A DNA stretch of 64,000 bases from Pseudomonadota bacterium (GTDB taxonomy: Bacteria; Desulfobacterota; Binatia; Binatales; Binataceae). The first letter of the stretch is position 1; each line of letters begins with the position of its first letter. The notes beneath the pieces are model-generated. The model made no database searches. It was not told where the DNA came from and worked only from the letters and a program-made list of their open reading frames with translations. A program made the position numbers and the translations under genes. The stretch lies in contig JAJPJA010000159.1 in assembly GCA_021324455.1 (NCBI GenBank), positions 39,239-103,238 on the forward strand, read 5' to 3'. Shown here one piece after another: positions 9,319 to 19,130 of this stretch.

Positions 9319-9783
9319 ATGAAACCGCCGGAGCTGTATGGCGACTGGCGTGTGGTCGCCGGCGTGGTTCTGATCCTGCTCGGAATCGGCAACTGGCTGG
9401 TGGGACTGAACGGTATCGTTCAGTACCGGCGAATGGTGGTGGCGAGTCCGCCCAGTGCCGAGCTTTACCGCAATTTCGACGAGCTCGACGCGCGCACCGA
9501 CGGCGCGGTCCTCGCGCCGCTTACGCAGGATGAAAGAACCATCTCATACGCCGCCGCGCAGATGGACTTCTATCACGCCGTCTACCTGACCGGCTGTATA
9601 TTGTTCGCGCTGGGCTTGCTGATTACGCTGCTATCCTTTATCAGCGTAATTCGGCGCGACGCCCGCGAGGCTTTGCAAAGGAGATCGCGCTCGCGCGTGC
9701 CGCATCGCGATGGCCATACATCCGGAGTTGCTGACCCCCGCCAAAATCAACCTCTTCCTGCGCATAACGGGACGTCGATCTGA
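9319..9783 (+). CDS. Hypothetical two-TM membrane protein
   Basis: Two hydrophobic helices flanking a soluble loop; 3' end overlaps ispE. Confidence 0.7.
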   Translation: MKPPELYGDWRVVAGVVLILLGIGNWLVGLNGIVQYRRMVVASPPSAELYRNFDELDARTDGAVLAPLTQDERTISYAAAQMDFYHAVYLTGCILFALGLLITLLSFISVIRRDAREALQRRSRSRVPHRDGHTSGVADPRQNQPLPAHNGTSI

Positions 9784-10603
9784 CGGCTATCACGAGCTCG
9801 ACTCGGTTTTCCTTCCCGTTTCACTCTATGACCGGATCACACTGGAGGCCCGGGCGGCGCCGGCAAGCGAGGTGTCGCTGCGATGCAACTGGGCGGACTT
9901 GCCGCTTGACGGGCGCAACCTGGCCCTGCGCGCCGCGACTTTATTCCTGGATCAGACCGGTTTGCGCTGGCGGGTGCGCATCAACCTGCACAAGGAAATC
10001 CCCGCCGCCGCCGGCCTGGGCGGCGGATCGTCGGACGCCGGCGCCGTGCTGCGTCTGATGGCGCAGCGGGCCCGGATCGAAGTACCAGCGCTGGCGGCGG
10101 CGGCGCTGCGGCTGGGCGCCGACGTGCCGTTTTTTCTCGATCCGCGCCCAGCCCGAATCGGCGGAGTGGGTGAACGGATTACCGATATCGCAAGCCGTTT
10201 CGACCTGCATTTGGTGATCGGCGTACCGCCCATCGCGGTGCCGACGGCGGAGATTTACCGCTATCTGAAACGCGCCGACTGGAGCGGTCCGGGACCGGAG
10301 GCGCTGCCCGCGCTGGTGGACGCCGACGCCGCGGCCGCGGGCCTGCTGGTCAACGACCTCGAGCGGCCGGCGCTGGCGCGCTATCCGCAAATCGGTGAAG
10401 TTAAAGTACTGCTTAAGCATCTGGGTGCGGCGGAAGCCTTGATGTCGGGCAGCGGGGGTGCCGTTTTCGGCATCTTTCAGGACCCGGCGCGCGCGGTGCA
10501 GGCGGCCGCCGCGGCGCGGCGGCGGATGCCGCAGGGGCGTTTTTTTGCGGCTCGGATCGCGCCCCGGAACCATTCGTCAACAGCTCTTTGGCACGCTTGT
10601 TGA
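9710..10603 (+). CDS. ispE: 4-diphosphocytidyl-2-C-methyl-D-erythritol kinase
   Basis: PAKINLFL, DGYHEL, IPAAAGLGGGSSDA, GADVPF, MSGSG. Confidence 0.96.
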   Translation: MAIHPELLTPAKINLFLRITGRRSDGYHELDSVFLPVSLYDRITLEARAAPASEVSLRCNWADLPLDGRNLALRAATLFLDQTGLRWRVRINLHKEIPAAAGLGGGSSDAGAVLRLMAQRARIEVPALAAAALRLGADVPFFLDPRPARIGGVGERITDIASRFDLHLVIGVPPIAVPTAEIYRYLKRADWSGPGPEALPALVDADAAAAGLLVNDLERPALARYPQIGEVKVLLKHLGAAEALMSGSGGAVFGIFQDPARAVQAAAAARRRMPQGRFFAARIAPRNHSSTALWHAC

Positions 10604-10622
10604 CCTATGTTAAAAATCATAA

Positions 10623-10651
10623 TTGACAAAGGTTTAACCCGGCCATAACAT
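10623..10651 (+). promoter_or_regulatory. sigma70 promoter for tRNA-Gln-prs-rplY
   Basis: TTGACA (10623-28), N17, TAACAT (10646-51), with AT-rich upstream tract. Confidence 0.75.
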
Positions 10652-10839
10652 CGCCGACGAAATCCCTATCAGAGCTGAGCGAGACGGCCTGAACCGCGGT
10701 TGGACTGACGCCGGGTTCCCCCCGTCCTTTTCCGGATCAGACGCTGCCGGAGGTGCTGATGATGGCGATGCTGGGGTGGGTATCGGGTAAAAGTGTTGAT
10801 GGCGGCCATGACCGCCGTCGCTGTGAAGATTTTTAGTGT

Positions 10840-10912
10840 TGGGCGGTCGCCAAGCTGGTAAGGCACCAGGCTTTGGACCTGGCATTCGAAGGTTCGAATC
10901 CTTCCCGCCCAG
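10840..10912 (+). tRNA. tRNA-Gln(TTG)
   Basis: TGGGCGGTCGCCAAGCTGGTAAGGCACCAGGCT-TTG-GACCTGGCATTCGAAGGTTCGAATCCTTCCCGCCCAG; classic ispE-tRNA-Gln-prs position; CCA not encoded directly after the discriminator. Confidence 0.95.
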
Positions 10913-10998
10913 CCCAAGGCATGAAGGATACACAAGGCGCGTCAACCGCACGCGGGAGCGGCGGGCCGCGGCAGCCGCAAGAGAGGTCGCAGGAATCG

Positions 10999-11958
10999 AT
11001 GCCTGAGCGGGCCAAAGACGAGTTGAAGATTTTCACCGGTAATTCCAATCCCGGGTTGGCGCGCGAAGTCTGCGCGGTGCTCGACGTGACCCTGGGTCAG
11101 GCCGAGGTCGGCCGTTTTCCCGATGGTGAAGTAATGGTTGAGATTCGGGAGAATGTGCGCGGCGGCGACTGCTTCGTGATGCAGTCGATCTGCACACCGC
11201 CCAACGACAACCTGATGGAGTTGCTGCTGCTGATGGACGCGCTGCGCCGCGCCTCCGCCAAGCGCATCACCGCCGTCATCCCCTATTTCGGCTACGCCCG
11301 CCAGGACCGCAAGGTCGCGCCGCGCGTGCCGATCAGCGCCAAGCTGGTCGCCGACCTGATCACCACCGCCGGCGCCTCGCGCGTGATGACGGTCGATCTG
11401 CATGCCGGCCAGATCCAGGGCTTCTTCAACATCCCGGTCGACAACCTGTTTGCGATGCCGGTGCTTATTCCCTACCTGCGTAAACGCATCGAAGGCAAGC
11501 GCGTGACGGTGGTCTCGCCCGACGCCGGCGGCGTGGAGCGGGCGCGCGCCTTCGCCGGACGCCTCAACGCCAGCCTGGCGATTATCGACAAGCGGCGCCG
11601 GCGCGCCAGCGAGGTCGCCGAGATGCAGCTGGTGGGCGACGTCAATGACGCCACCGCCATCCTGCTCGACGACATGATCGATACCGCAGGCACCGTGACC
11701 GAAGCCGCCAAAGTGGTGCTCAAAGCGGGCGCCATCGAAGCGATTGCCTGCGCGACGCATCCGATCCTGTCCGACCCCGCGTGCGAGCGGCTTAACCATT
11801 GTCAGCTCCAGCAACTGATCACTACCAATACCGTTCCGCTGCGGCCCAAAGCTTTGGCCGAATTGCGCAACGTAAAGGTGCTGTCGGTGGCGGAGCTGAT
11901 TGGGGAGGCGCTGCGCCGGATCCATAATGAGGAGTCGGTCAGCTCGCTGTTCCTGTAG
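10999..11958 (+). CDS. prs: Ribose-phosphate pyrophosphokinase
   Basis: FPDGE, PYFGYARQDRK, DLHAGQIQGFF, VSPDAGG, DDMIDTAGT. Confidence 0.97.
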   Translation: MPERAKDELKIFTGNSNPGLAREVCAVLDVTLGQAEVGRFPDGEVMVEIRENVRGGDCFVMQSICTPPNDNLMELLLLMDALRRASAKRITAVIPYFGYARQDRKVAPRVPISAKLVADLITTAGASRVMTVDLHAGQIQGFFNIPVDNLFAMPVLIPYLRKRIEGKRVTVVSPDAGGVERARAFAGRLNASLAIIDKRRRRASEVAEMQLVGDVNDATAILLDDMIDTAGTVTEAAKVVLKAGAIEAIACATHPILSDPACERLNHCQLQQLITTNTVPLRPKALAELRNVKVLSVAELIGEALRRIHNEESVSSLFL

Positions 11959-12038
11959 ATGCGCGCGCCTATCTGCGTGTTCGCCTGGAATCGGCGCCCC
12001 CCAACCGGCAAGATGAATTATCCGGAGAGTTTTAGCTG

Positions 12039-12737
12039 ATGGAGACACTCGATCTTAATTGTGAGAAACGCGAACTGGGAACCAAAGGCAAGGTCCGCGC
12101 CCTGCGCCGCACCGGAATGGTTCCCGCCGTGGTTTATGGCCGCACCCGCTCGGCCACCCCGATTGCGGTCGCCGGGTTGAGCCTCAAAGCCTCGGTCACC
12201 ACCGACGCCAGTCAGCGTCTGCTCCGGCTCAAAGCCTCCGAGCCTGACCTCAACGGCCGCCACGTCATCATCAAAGACGTGCAGCGCGCGCCGCTGACCG
12301 GCGCCCTGCTCCATGCCGACCTGTACGAAGTGGACCTGACGCGGAAGATTCAGGTCACGGTGCCGCTGCGCTTTCAGGGCAAGCCCAAGGGCGTGGCCGA
12401 TGGCGGTATCCTGCAGCCGCTGGTGCGCACTATCGACGTCGAATGCCTGCCCACGGATATTCCCGAGGGAATCGATGTTGACGTGACGGAACTGGGCATT
12501 CACGACGCGATTCACATCTCCTCGCTGCGGTTCGGCGCCAACATTACCCCGGTGTTCGACAGCGATATCGCGCTGGTCACCGTGCTGCCGCCCACCGTCG
12601 AAGCCGCACCTGCGCCGGCGGAAGCCGCGGTCGAAGAGGGCGCCGCGGCCGCTCCCGCCGAGGGCGAGGCTGCCGCCGCACCGGCTGCGGAGGGCAAAGG
12701 GGAAGCCAAAAAGGCGGAACCCGCCGCGAAGAAGTAA
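12039..12737 (+). CDS. rplY: 50S ribosomal protein bL25/Ctc
   Basis: VPAVVYG, LHADLY, GVADGGIL; Ala/Glu/Lys-rich tail; follows prs. Confidence 0.95.
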   Translation: METLDLNCEKRELGTKGKVRALRRTGMVPAVVYGRTRSATPIAVAGLSLKASVTTDASQRLLRLKASEPDLNGRHVIIKDVQRAPLTGALLHADLYEVDLTRKIQVTVPLRFQGKPKGVADGGILQPLVRTIDVECLPTDIPEGIDVDVTELGIHDAIHISSLRFGANITPVFDSDIALVTVLPPTVEAAPAPAEAAVEEGAAAAPAEGEAAAAPAAEGKGEAKKAEPAAKK

Positions 12738-12745
12738 TCTCTGCT

Positions 12746-12777
12746 ACCCGCTCCCACGATCGTCCGTGGGAGCGGGT
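12746..12777 (+). terminator. Stem-loop after rplY
   Basis: ACCCGCTCCCACG / CGTGGGAGCGGGT 13-bp perfect stem; lacks a U-tract. Confidence 0.5.
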
Positions 12778-12882
12778 CAGGATGCGGGCGGCCGATCCAC
12801 TTCAAGCGGCACCCGCGATGAAGCGGGCGAGGTGGCAAAAAAAAGATGACGCCGAGGGGTTTTCGGGGTTGAGGGGTTTTCA

Positions 12883-15800
12883 ATGAGTTTCGTCCATCTT
12901 CACGTCCATACCCAATACAGTCTTTTGGACGGCGCGAACAAACTCGGTCCGCTGCTCGACCATGCCAGGGCCGCGGGGATGCCGGCGATGGCGATCACCG
13001 ACCATGGCAACATGTTCGGTGCGGTCGAATTCTACAAAAAAGCGGTGGAACGCGGGATCAAGCCGATCATCGGATGTGAAGCCTATCTCGCGCCGGGCAA
13101 GCGCACCGACCGCGGTTTCGCGGTCAAAGCCGATGACGTCGAAGGCGCCGGCAATTATCATCTGATCCTGCTGGTTCAGAATCAGACCGGATACCGCAAC
13201 CTGTGCCGTCTGCTCACCGCCGCCTATCGCGAAGGGCTCTATTACAAGCCGCGCATCGACAAGGAGATCTTGCAGGAAAACTCCGAGGGGCTGATCGTGC
13301 TGTCCGGATGCCTGTCGGGGGAGCTGGCGCGTGCGCTGCGCGCCGGACGCACCGACAAGGCGTATGAAGTGGCCCAGTCCTATGCCAGGATGTTCCCCGG
13401 CCGCTTCTACATCGAGCTGCAGGACAACAAGCTGCACGGCCCCTATAACGAGGCGCTGCGCGAGATTGCCCACAAGGTCGGCCTGCCGATGGTGGCCACC
13501 AATGACTGCCATTATCTGCATCGCGAGGACGCCCGCGCACACGAAGTCCTGCTCTGCATCCAGACCGGCAAGACCATGGCGGACGAGACCCGATGGCGGT
13601 TTGACACCGACGAACTTTACGTCAAGACACCCGCCGAGATGGAATCGGCTTTCGCCGACGATTTGTCGCCGGTACGCAATACGGTGGAAATCGCCAACCG
13701 CGTCGATTTTCAGTTCGACTTCGGCAAGTTCCATTTCCCGCGCTACGAGCTGTCGGCGGACGATCTCGGCCGCGCCCGCGCCGGCGGGGACGAGGAAGCG
13801 CAGCTGCAAAGCGTGCTGGAGCAGCGTACGCGCGAGGGACTGCAGCGGCGGCTGGACGAACTGCACGCGCGGCGCGGCGATTTCGACGAAACGCCCTATC
13901 ATGAGCGGCTCGATCGCGAACTGCCGGTTATCCGCGAGATGGGTTTTTCCGGCTACATGCTGATTGTCGCCGACTTCATCAATTACGCGCGCGGTCTCGG
14001 AATTCCGGTCGGACCGGGCCGCGGCTCGGTGGTCGGCAGTCTGGTCTCCTACGCCCTGCGCATCACCGAACTGGATCCGATCGAGCACAAGCTTCTGTTT
14101 GAGCGATGGCTCAATCCGGGGCGGCGTTCGATGCCCGATATCGACGTGGACTTCTGCTTTGAACGGCGCGACGAAGTGATCGACTACGTGCGGCGCAAGT
14201 ACGGCGAGGAGCGCGTCGCACAGATCATCACCTTCGGGACGATCAAGGGCAAGCAGGCCATTCGCGACGTCGGCCGCGTGCTGGGATTATCCTTCGGCGA
14301 GACCGACCGCATCTGCAAGCTCTACCCGGCGCCCAAGCAGGGCCGCGACTTCCCGCTGGAGGACGCGCTCAAGATGGAGCCGCGGCTGCGCGAGGAGCGG
14401 CAGAAATATCCCGAGCTGTTCGAATTCGCCTTCAAGCTCGAAGGTCTGCTGCGCCACGCCTCGCGCCATGCGGCAGGCGTGGTGATCGCCGACGGTCCGC
14501 TCGATGAGATGGTTCCGCTCTACGCCGATAAGGAACGCGCCGAGGGCGCCCCTGCCATCACCCAGTACTCGATGAAGTTCGTCGAGGATATCGGGTTGGT
14601 GAAGTTCGATTTTCTGGCGCTGAAAAACCTGACCCTGGTGGAGGATACGCTGGAATTGATCAAGGCGGGCGGCAAAACGCCTCCCGATCTGAACCGCTTG
14701 CCGCTGGATGACGCCGATTCCTACAAGCTGCTGGCGCGCGGCGATACCGTGGGCGTGTTCCAGGTGGAAGGTTCCGGGTTTCGCCGCTTCCTGACCGATC
14801 TCAAGCCGACCTGCTTCGATGACATCATCGCAGCCGGCTCGCTCTTCCGTCCCGGCCCGCTTGACGCGGTGGAAGACGGCAAGACGATGGTGCAGCATTA
14901 CGTCGATCGCAAGCACGGCCGAGAGCAGGTCAAGTATCCGCATCCGCTGCTTGAACCGGTGCTGCGCGACACCTACGGCGTGATCATCTACCAGGAGCAG
15001 GTGATGCGGGTGGCGCAGGCGCTTTCGGGATACACCCTGGAGCAAGCCGACATCCTGCGCGCCGCGATGGGCAAAAAGAACAAGGCGGTGATGGAGAAGG
15101 AGCGCGAGCGCTTCATCCAGGGCGCGGTCAACAACGGCATCGACCACGATACCGCGCACAGCATCTTCGAGCAGATCGAAACCTTCGCGTCATACGGATT
15201 CAATCGCAGCCACGCCGCCGCCTACGCGCTGACAACGTACATCACCGCCTATCTCAAGGCGCATTACCCCTGCGAGTTCATGGCCGCGCTCACCTCGCTG
15301 GACATGGACGACGTCGACAAGACCTACAAGAATATCGCGGCGCTGCGCGAGATGGGAATCAGGCTGCTGCCGCCCGACGTCAATGAAAGCCGGGTCAAGT
15401 TCGCGGTCGTGGCCGACGCAATCCGCTTCGGAATGGGTGCCATACGCGGGGTCGGCGCGAAGACGGCCGAGGCGATTATCGCGGCGCGCGAGCAAGGCGG
15501 GCGCTTCACCAGCCTGACCGACCTGTGCATGCGCGCCGACCCGCAGCAGATCAACCGCAAGGTGCTCGAAGCTTTGGTCAAGTGCGGCGCGTTCGATTCA
15601 ACCGGCGTCAGCCGGGCCGAAGCGATGGCGCAAATCGAGGACGGGCTCAAGCTGCTGGCGCGGCGCGCCGACCCCTCCGCGGCCAATCAGATGGGATTGT
15701 TCGGCGCGATGGCGCCGGCGATTCGCACCGCGCCGCGCGCTCCCGCCGCGCCGTGGGACTTGAAGGAACTGCTGCGCGCGGAAAAAGAAGCCCTCGGCTT

Positions 15801-16416
15801 TTACGTCACCGCCCATCCGCTCGACAAGTACACCGACAGGATCGGACCTCTGACCGGCGGCGTCACCACCGCCGATCTCGCTTCGGCGCCCGACGGCAGT
15901 TCAGTCGTGCTGGTCGGCGTGGTGCAGGCGGTGAAGCTCAAGAACAACAAGGCGGGCAGGCGCTACGCCACTTTCACGCTGGAAGATCTTAACGGAGCGG
16001 TTGAAGTAATCGCGTGGCCGGAGACCTATCAGCGGGTGGAGCCGGTCATTAACAGCGACGAGCCGGTGGTGGCGCGCGGCAAACTGGATATCGACGAGGA
16101 ACGCGCGCAAATCCTGCTCGACGAGCTCAAACCGCTCAGCGTGGTGATGGTGGACAGCGTGCGCGAAGTCCATATCCGGGCGCCAAAGACGCGTCTGGAC
16201 GATGAATCATTGCGGCAACTGAAAGCGCTGTTCGGCCGCTATGGCGGCGGATGCCCCATCTACCTGCACCTGGAGCTTGACGCCGCGCGCGAGGCGATCT
16301 TCCTGCTCGGCAACGATTTTCGCGTCGCACCCACCGAGGGATTCGTGGGCGAGGTGGAGCAGATGCTGGCGCCGGGCGCGGTCGAGTTGAGGGCGCAACA
16401 GGGGGCCGCGATCTGA
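12883..16416 (+). CDS. dnaE: DNA polymerase III alpha subunit
   Basis: HLHVHTQYSLLDG PHP domain, GPGRGS, MPDIDVDF, YGFNRSHA, C-terminal OB fold; no intein. Confidence 0.98.
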   Translation: MSFVHLHVHTQYSLLDGANKLGPLLDHARAAGMPAMAITDHGNMFGAVEFYKKAVERGIKPIIGCEAYLAPGKRTDRGFAVKADDVEGAGNYHLILLVQNQTGYRNLCRLLTAAYREGLYYKPRIDKEILQENSEGLIVLSGCLSGELARALRAGRTDKAYEVAQSYARMFPGRFYIELQDNKLHGPYNEALREIAHKVGLPMVATNDCHYLHREDARAHEVLLCIQTGKTMADETRWRFDTDELYVKTPAEMESAFADDLSPVRNTVEIANRVDFQFDFGKFHFPRYELSADDLGRARAGGDEEAQLQSVLEQRTREGLQRRLDELHARRGDFDETPYHERLDRELPVIREMGFSGYMLIVADFINYARGLGIPVGPGRGSVVGSLVSYALRITELDPIEHKLLFERWLNPGRRSMPDIDVDFCFERRDEVIDYVRRKYGEERVAQIITFGTIKGKQAIRDVGRVLGLSFGETDRICKLYPAPKQGRDFPLEDALKMEPRLREERQKYPELFEFAFKLEGLLRHASRHAAGVVIADGPLDEMVPLYADKERAEGAPAITQYSMKFVEDIGLVKFDFLALKNLTLVEDTLELIKAGGKTPPDLNRLPLDDADSYKLLARGDTVGVFQVEGSGFRRFLTDLKPTCFDDIIAAGSLFRPGPLDAVEDGKTMVQHYVDRKHGREQVKYPHPLLEPVLRDTYGVIIYQEQVMRVAQALSGYTLEQADILRAAMGKKNKAVMEKERERFIQGAVNNGIDHDTAHSIFEQIETFASYGFNRSHAAAYALTTYITAYLKAHYPCEFMAALTSLDMDDVDKTYKNIAALREMGIRLLPPDVNESRVKFAVVADAIRFGMGAIRGVGAKTAEAIIAAREQGGRFTSLTDLCMRADPQQINRKVLEALVKCGAFDSTGVSRAEAMAQIEDGLKLLARRADPSAANQMGLFGAMAPAIRTAPRAPAAPWDLKELLRAEKEALGFYVTAHPLDKYTDRIGPLTGGVTTADLASAPDGSSVVLVGVVQAVKLKNNKAGRRYATFTLEDLNGAVEVIAWPETYQRVEPVINSDEPVVARGKLDIDEERAQILLDELKPLSVVMVDSVREVHIRAPKTRLDDESLRQLKALFGRYGGGCPIYLHLELDAAREAIFLLGNDFRVAPTEGFVGEVEQMLAPGAVELRAQQGAAI

Positions 16417-16454
16417 TACAATCCTCCTCAAGTTGATCTCGTGAGAGCATAACC

Positions 16455-17750
16455 CTGGCGCCCATTTATCAACCGACAACACCCGAGCGCGAACGTGCCG
16501 TCCTGGTCGGCGCGGCCATCGGCGGGCAGGATCGGGCCGCGGCCGAAGATTCGCTGCACGAGCTTGGCGCGCTGGCCCAAAGCGCGGGCGCGCTCGTGGC
16601 CGGCGAGTTGTTCCAAAGCCTCAAGGAAGTCGATCCCCGGACCTTTATCGGACGCGGCAAGGTGAGCGAACTGCGCGACCTGGCGCAGCGGCGCGGCGCC
16701 ACCCTGACCATCTTCGACGACAGCCTGACCCCGGCGCAGTCGCGCAACCTCGAAGGCGAGCTCAAGCTGCGCGTCATCGACCGCACGCAGCTCATCCTGG
16801 ATATCTTCGCGCAGCGCGCGCACAGTCAGGCCGGCAAGCTGCAGGTCGAGGTGGCGCAGCTTGCCTATCTGCAGCCGCGTCTGACCCGCCAATGGACCCA
16901 CCTGTCGCGCGTCAGCGCCGGCGGCGGAGCGGGCGGACGGATCGGCACGCGCGGACCCGGCGAGACCCAGCTCGAAGTCGATCGCCGCCGATTGTCGGAG
17001 CGGCTGACGCGATTGCGCCGGCGCCTGCGCGAGGTCGAGCGCACACGCGCGATCCAGCGCCGCCGCCGCGTCGAGGTGCCCTATCCAACCGTGGCGCTGG
17101 TCGGTTACACCAATTCGGGCAAATCCACCCTGATGAACGCGCTGACCGGCGCCGGAGTTGAAGCGGCGGCGCGGCTATTCTCGACGCTGGATCCGACGAT
17201 TCGCCGGCTCAAGCTGCCCGGCGGGATGAGCGTGATGCTGAGCGACACGGTGGGTTTCATCCATCGCCTGCCGCATCAACTGGTCGAAGCGTTCAAGGCC
17301 ACGCTGGAGGAGGTGCGCACGGCGGACCTGTTGCTGCATGTGGTGGACAGCGGCTCGCCCACGCATCCGGATCAGATCGAAGTGGTGGAGCGGGTGCTGA
17401 AAGAAATCGGCGCGGACACCCTGGCGCGTATAATGGTGTTTAACAAATGTGATCTTGCGGACACTCCGCTTTACAGGTTACATAGCGAGGGCGCGATCAA
17501 AATCAGCGCTCTGCGACGGATCGGTATCGACCAACTGGTGGCGATGATGGCCGGATTTTTTGCCAGGCTGCGCGAAGAGGTGTCGGTTACCCTGCCCGCC
17601 GCCCGCGGCGACCTGATCGCGGCCGCGCGGCGCGACGGCCAGGTGCTGAGCGAGGAATATCAGGACGGATGCGTGCGGGTGCGCGCGCTGGTCACCCGCC
17701 CGATGGCGGGGCGGATGCGCAAGGCGTCGCTCAAGGCGAGCGCGAGGTAA
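16455..17750 (+). CDS. hflX: Ribosome-splitting GTPase HflX (non-canonical start inferred)
   Basis: GPGETQLEVDRR, GYTNSGKST, DTVGF, NKCD; frame open from 16437 and encodes ERAVLVG...SLHELGALAQSAG before the first GTG (16596). Confidence 0.9.
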   Translation: MAPIYQPTTPERERAVLVGAAIGGQDRAAAEDSLHELGALAQSAGALVAGELFQSLKEVDPRTFIGRGKVSELRDLAQRRGATLTIFDDSLTPAQSRNLEGELKLRVIDRTQLILDIFAQRAHSQAGKLQVEVAQLAYLQPRLTRQWTHLSRVSAGGGAGGRIGTRGPGETQLEVDRRRLSERLTRLRRRLREVERTRAIQRRRRVEVPYPTVALVGYTNSGKSTLMNALTGAGVEAAARLFSTLDPTIRRLKLPGGMSVMLSDTVGFIHRLPHQLVEAFKATLEEVRTADLLLHVVDSGSPTHPDQIEVVERVLKEIGADTLARIMVFNKCDLADTPLYRLHSEGAIKISALRRIGIDQLVAMMAGFFARLREEVSVTLPAARGDLIAAARRDGQVLSEEYQDGCVRVRALVTRPMAGRMRKASLKASAR

Positions 17751-17754
17751 GCGG

Positions 17755-18387
17755 GTGTCCACGCAATCCACCAAGCCGGCCGCCCGCCCGGCCCGGCCGG
17801 TCGAGTCGGCCGCCGCGCTTCATCGCCATCTGCTCAATCTGCCCAACGCGCTCACGCTGTGCCGGATTGTGCTGATTCCGTTCTTCATCGCGGCGCTCAG
17901 CCGCAACCGGCTGCATGAAGCGCTGGGCATCTTCGCCGCCGCCGCCATCACCGACAGCCTCGACGGCACGCTGGCGAGATGGACCAACCAGCGCACCGAG
18001 TTGGGCGCGTTTCTGGATCCCTTCGCCGACAAGCTTTTGCTGATCAGCGCGCTGGTGATCCTGACGGTGCAGGACATCATGCCCGGATGGGTGCTGGGCG
18101 TCATCGCCCTGCGCGACGTAGTGGTGGTATTCGGCTACCTGATGCTGGTGTTCTTCATCGGCGAGCCCATTCCGGTGCGGCCCAACTATGCCGGCAAGGC
18201 GGGCACGGTGCTGCAGATCGCATGTATCGTGACCGCGCTTCTGGGATGGCCGCAGCTGGGGCACGTGCACCATGTCTGGACCGGGCTGCTGCTGCTGACG
18301 GTGCTGATGACCGGTGTGTCGGGCCTGCAATATATGTATCGGGGGTTGGTAATCCTTAATTCCCGCGAGCCGCAGATGTTCGCATAG
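17755..18387 (+). CDS. CDP-alcohol phosphatidyltransferase (PgsA/Cls-like)
   Basis: NLPNALT and DSLDGTLAR...GAFLDPFADK signature. Confidence 0.92.
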   Translation: MSTQSTKPAARPARPVESAAALHRHLLNLPNALTLCRIVLIPFFIAALSRNRLHEALGIFAAAAITDSLDGTLARWTNQRTELGAFLDPFADKLLLISALVILTVQDIMPGWVLGVIALRDVVVVFGYLMLVFFIGEPIPVRPNYAGKAGTVLQIACIVTALLGWPQLGHVHHVWTGLLLLTVLMTGVSGLQYMYRGLVILNSREPQMFA

Positions 18388-18432
18388 GCGATGTGCCCGC
18401 GCGCCGCGGCCCCAGCCCACCGGCAATCGCGC

Positions 18433-19107
18433 CTAAAGGTACTCCGGGCCGCGTTTCCATCCGGTTATCATCGAGATGAAGTTGCTCCATCCGTGCAGGA
18501 TTACCATCACCAAATGGCCCGCGATAAAAGCCAGGAACGCCGACATTACGGCGAAATGCCACACCCGCGCCCAGCGGAATCCGCCCATCATTGCCGTCAG
18601 CAACGAGAACTGATTCGGATTGTAGATCGCCATCCCGGTCAGCGCCGCCAGCACGCCAAGGACAACCGCCCCGGTGTAGGCGAGCTTCTGCAGCGGATTG
18701 TAGGGCTGCGTCTGCGGCGGTTTGGGGCCGAACAAAAAGTAGTGGCGCACCATCGGCCACACGCCCGGCAGGTCGGATGGCGTGAACAGCAACATCCGGT
18801 AGCGCCCGCTCGCCGCCTGATAGATCAGATAGACGACGCCGGTGAAGAGGAAAATCCAGATGAAGGTGAAATGCCACTGCAGGCCGCCCGCCAGCCATCC
18901 GCCCAGCATCAGCGCGCGCGGCAGATGGATGAAATCGCGCTGCGGAATCTTGGGTCCGAACCCGGGGAACGCCCAGAAGATCTGCCATCCGCTGAAGATC
19001 AGCACCAGGATGCTGACGCCGAGGAGCCAGTGACACCATCGAATGACCGCCGGATGCTCGTACGCGGCGCGCACGGCATTGTTCGAGCGGTCCTCGGTCT
19101 CGACCAC
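18433..19107 (-). CDS. Cytochrome b/b6-domain membrane protein (partner of the molybdoenzyme)
   Basis: HP-IRWCHW, LQWHF, YNPLQKLAY, RVWHF, GHLVMV heme His residues; start approximate. Confidence 0.85.
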   Translation of the reverse strand: MVETEDRSNNAVRAAYEHPAVIRWCHWLLGVSILVLIFSGWQIFWAFPGFGPKIPQRDFIHLPRALMLGGWLAGGLQWHFTFIWIFLFTGVVYLIYQAASGRYRMLLFTPSDLPGVWPMVRHYFLFGPKPPQTQPYNPLQKLAYTGAVVLGVLAALTGMAIYNPNQFSLLTAMMGGFRWARVWHFAVMSAFLAFIAGHLVMVILHGWSNFISMITGWKRGPEYL

Positions 19108-19130
19108 GTCAAGCTTTAATCCGCCCGCAT

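Noticed and set aside
10655..10835. 6S RNA (right length, CCTGAACC-like segment)
   Set aside because: The 5' and 3' ends do not form a convincing long closing stem; kept only as an unexplained leader
12883..16416. Intein or error-prone DnaE2
   Set aside because: Normal length, no splice motifs, intact PHP domain and C-terminus, no imuAB
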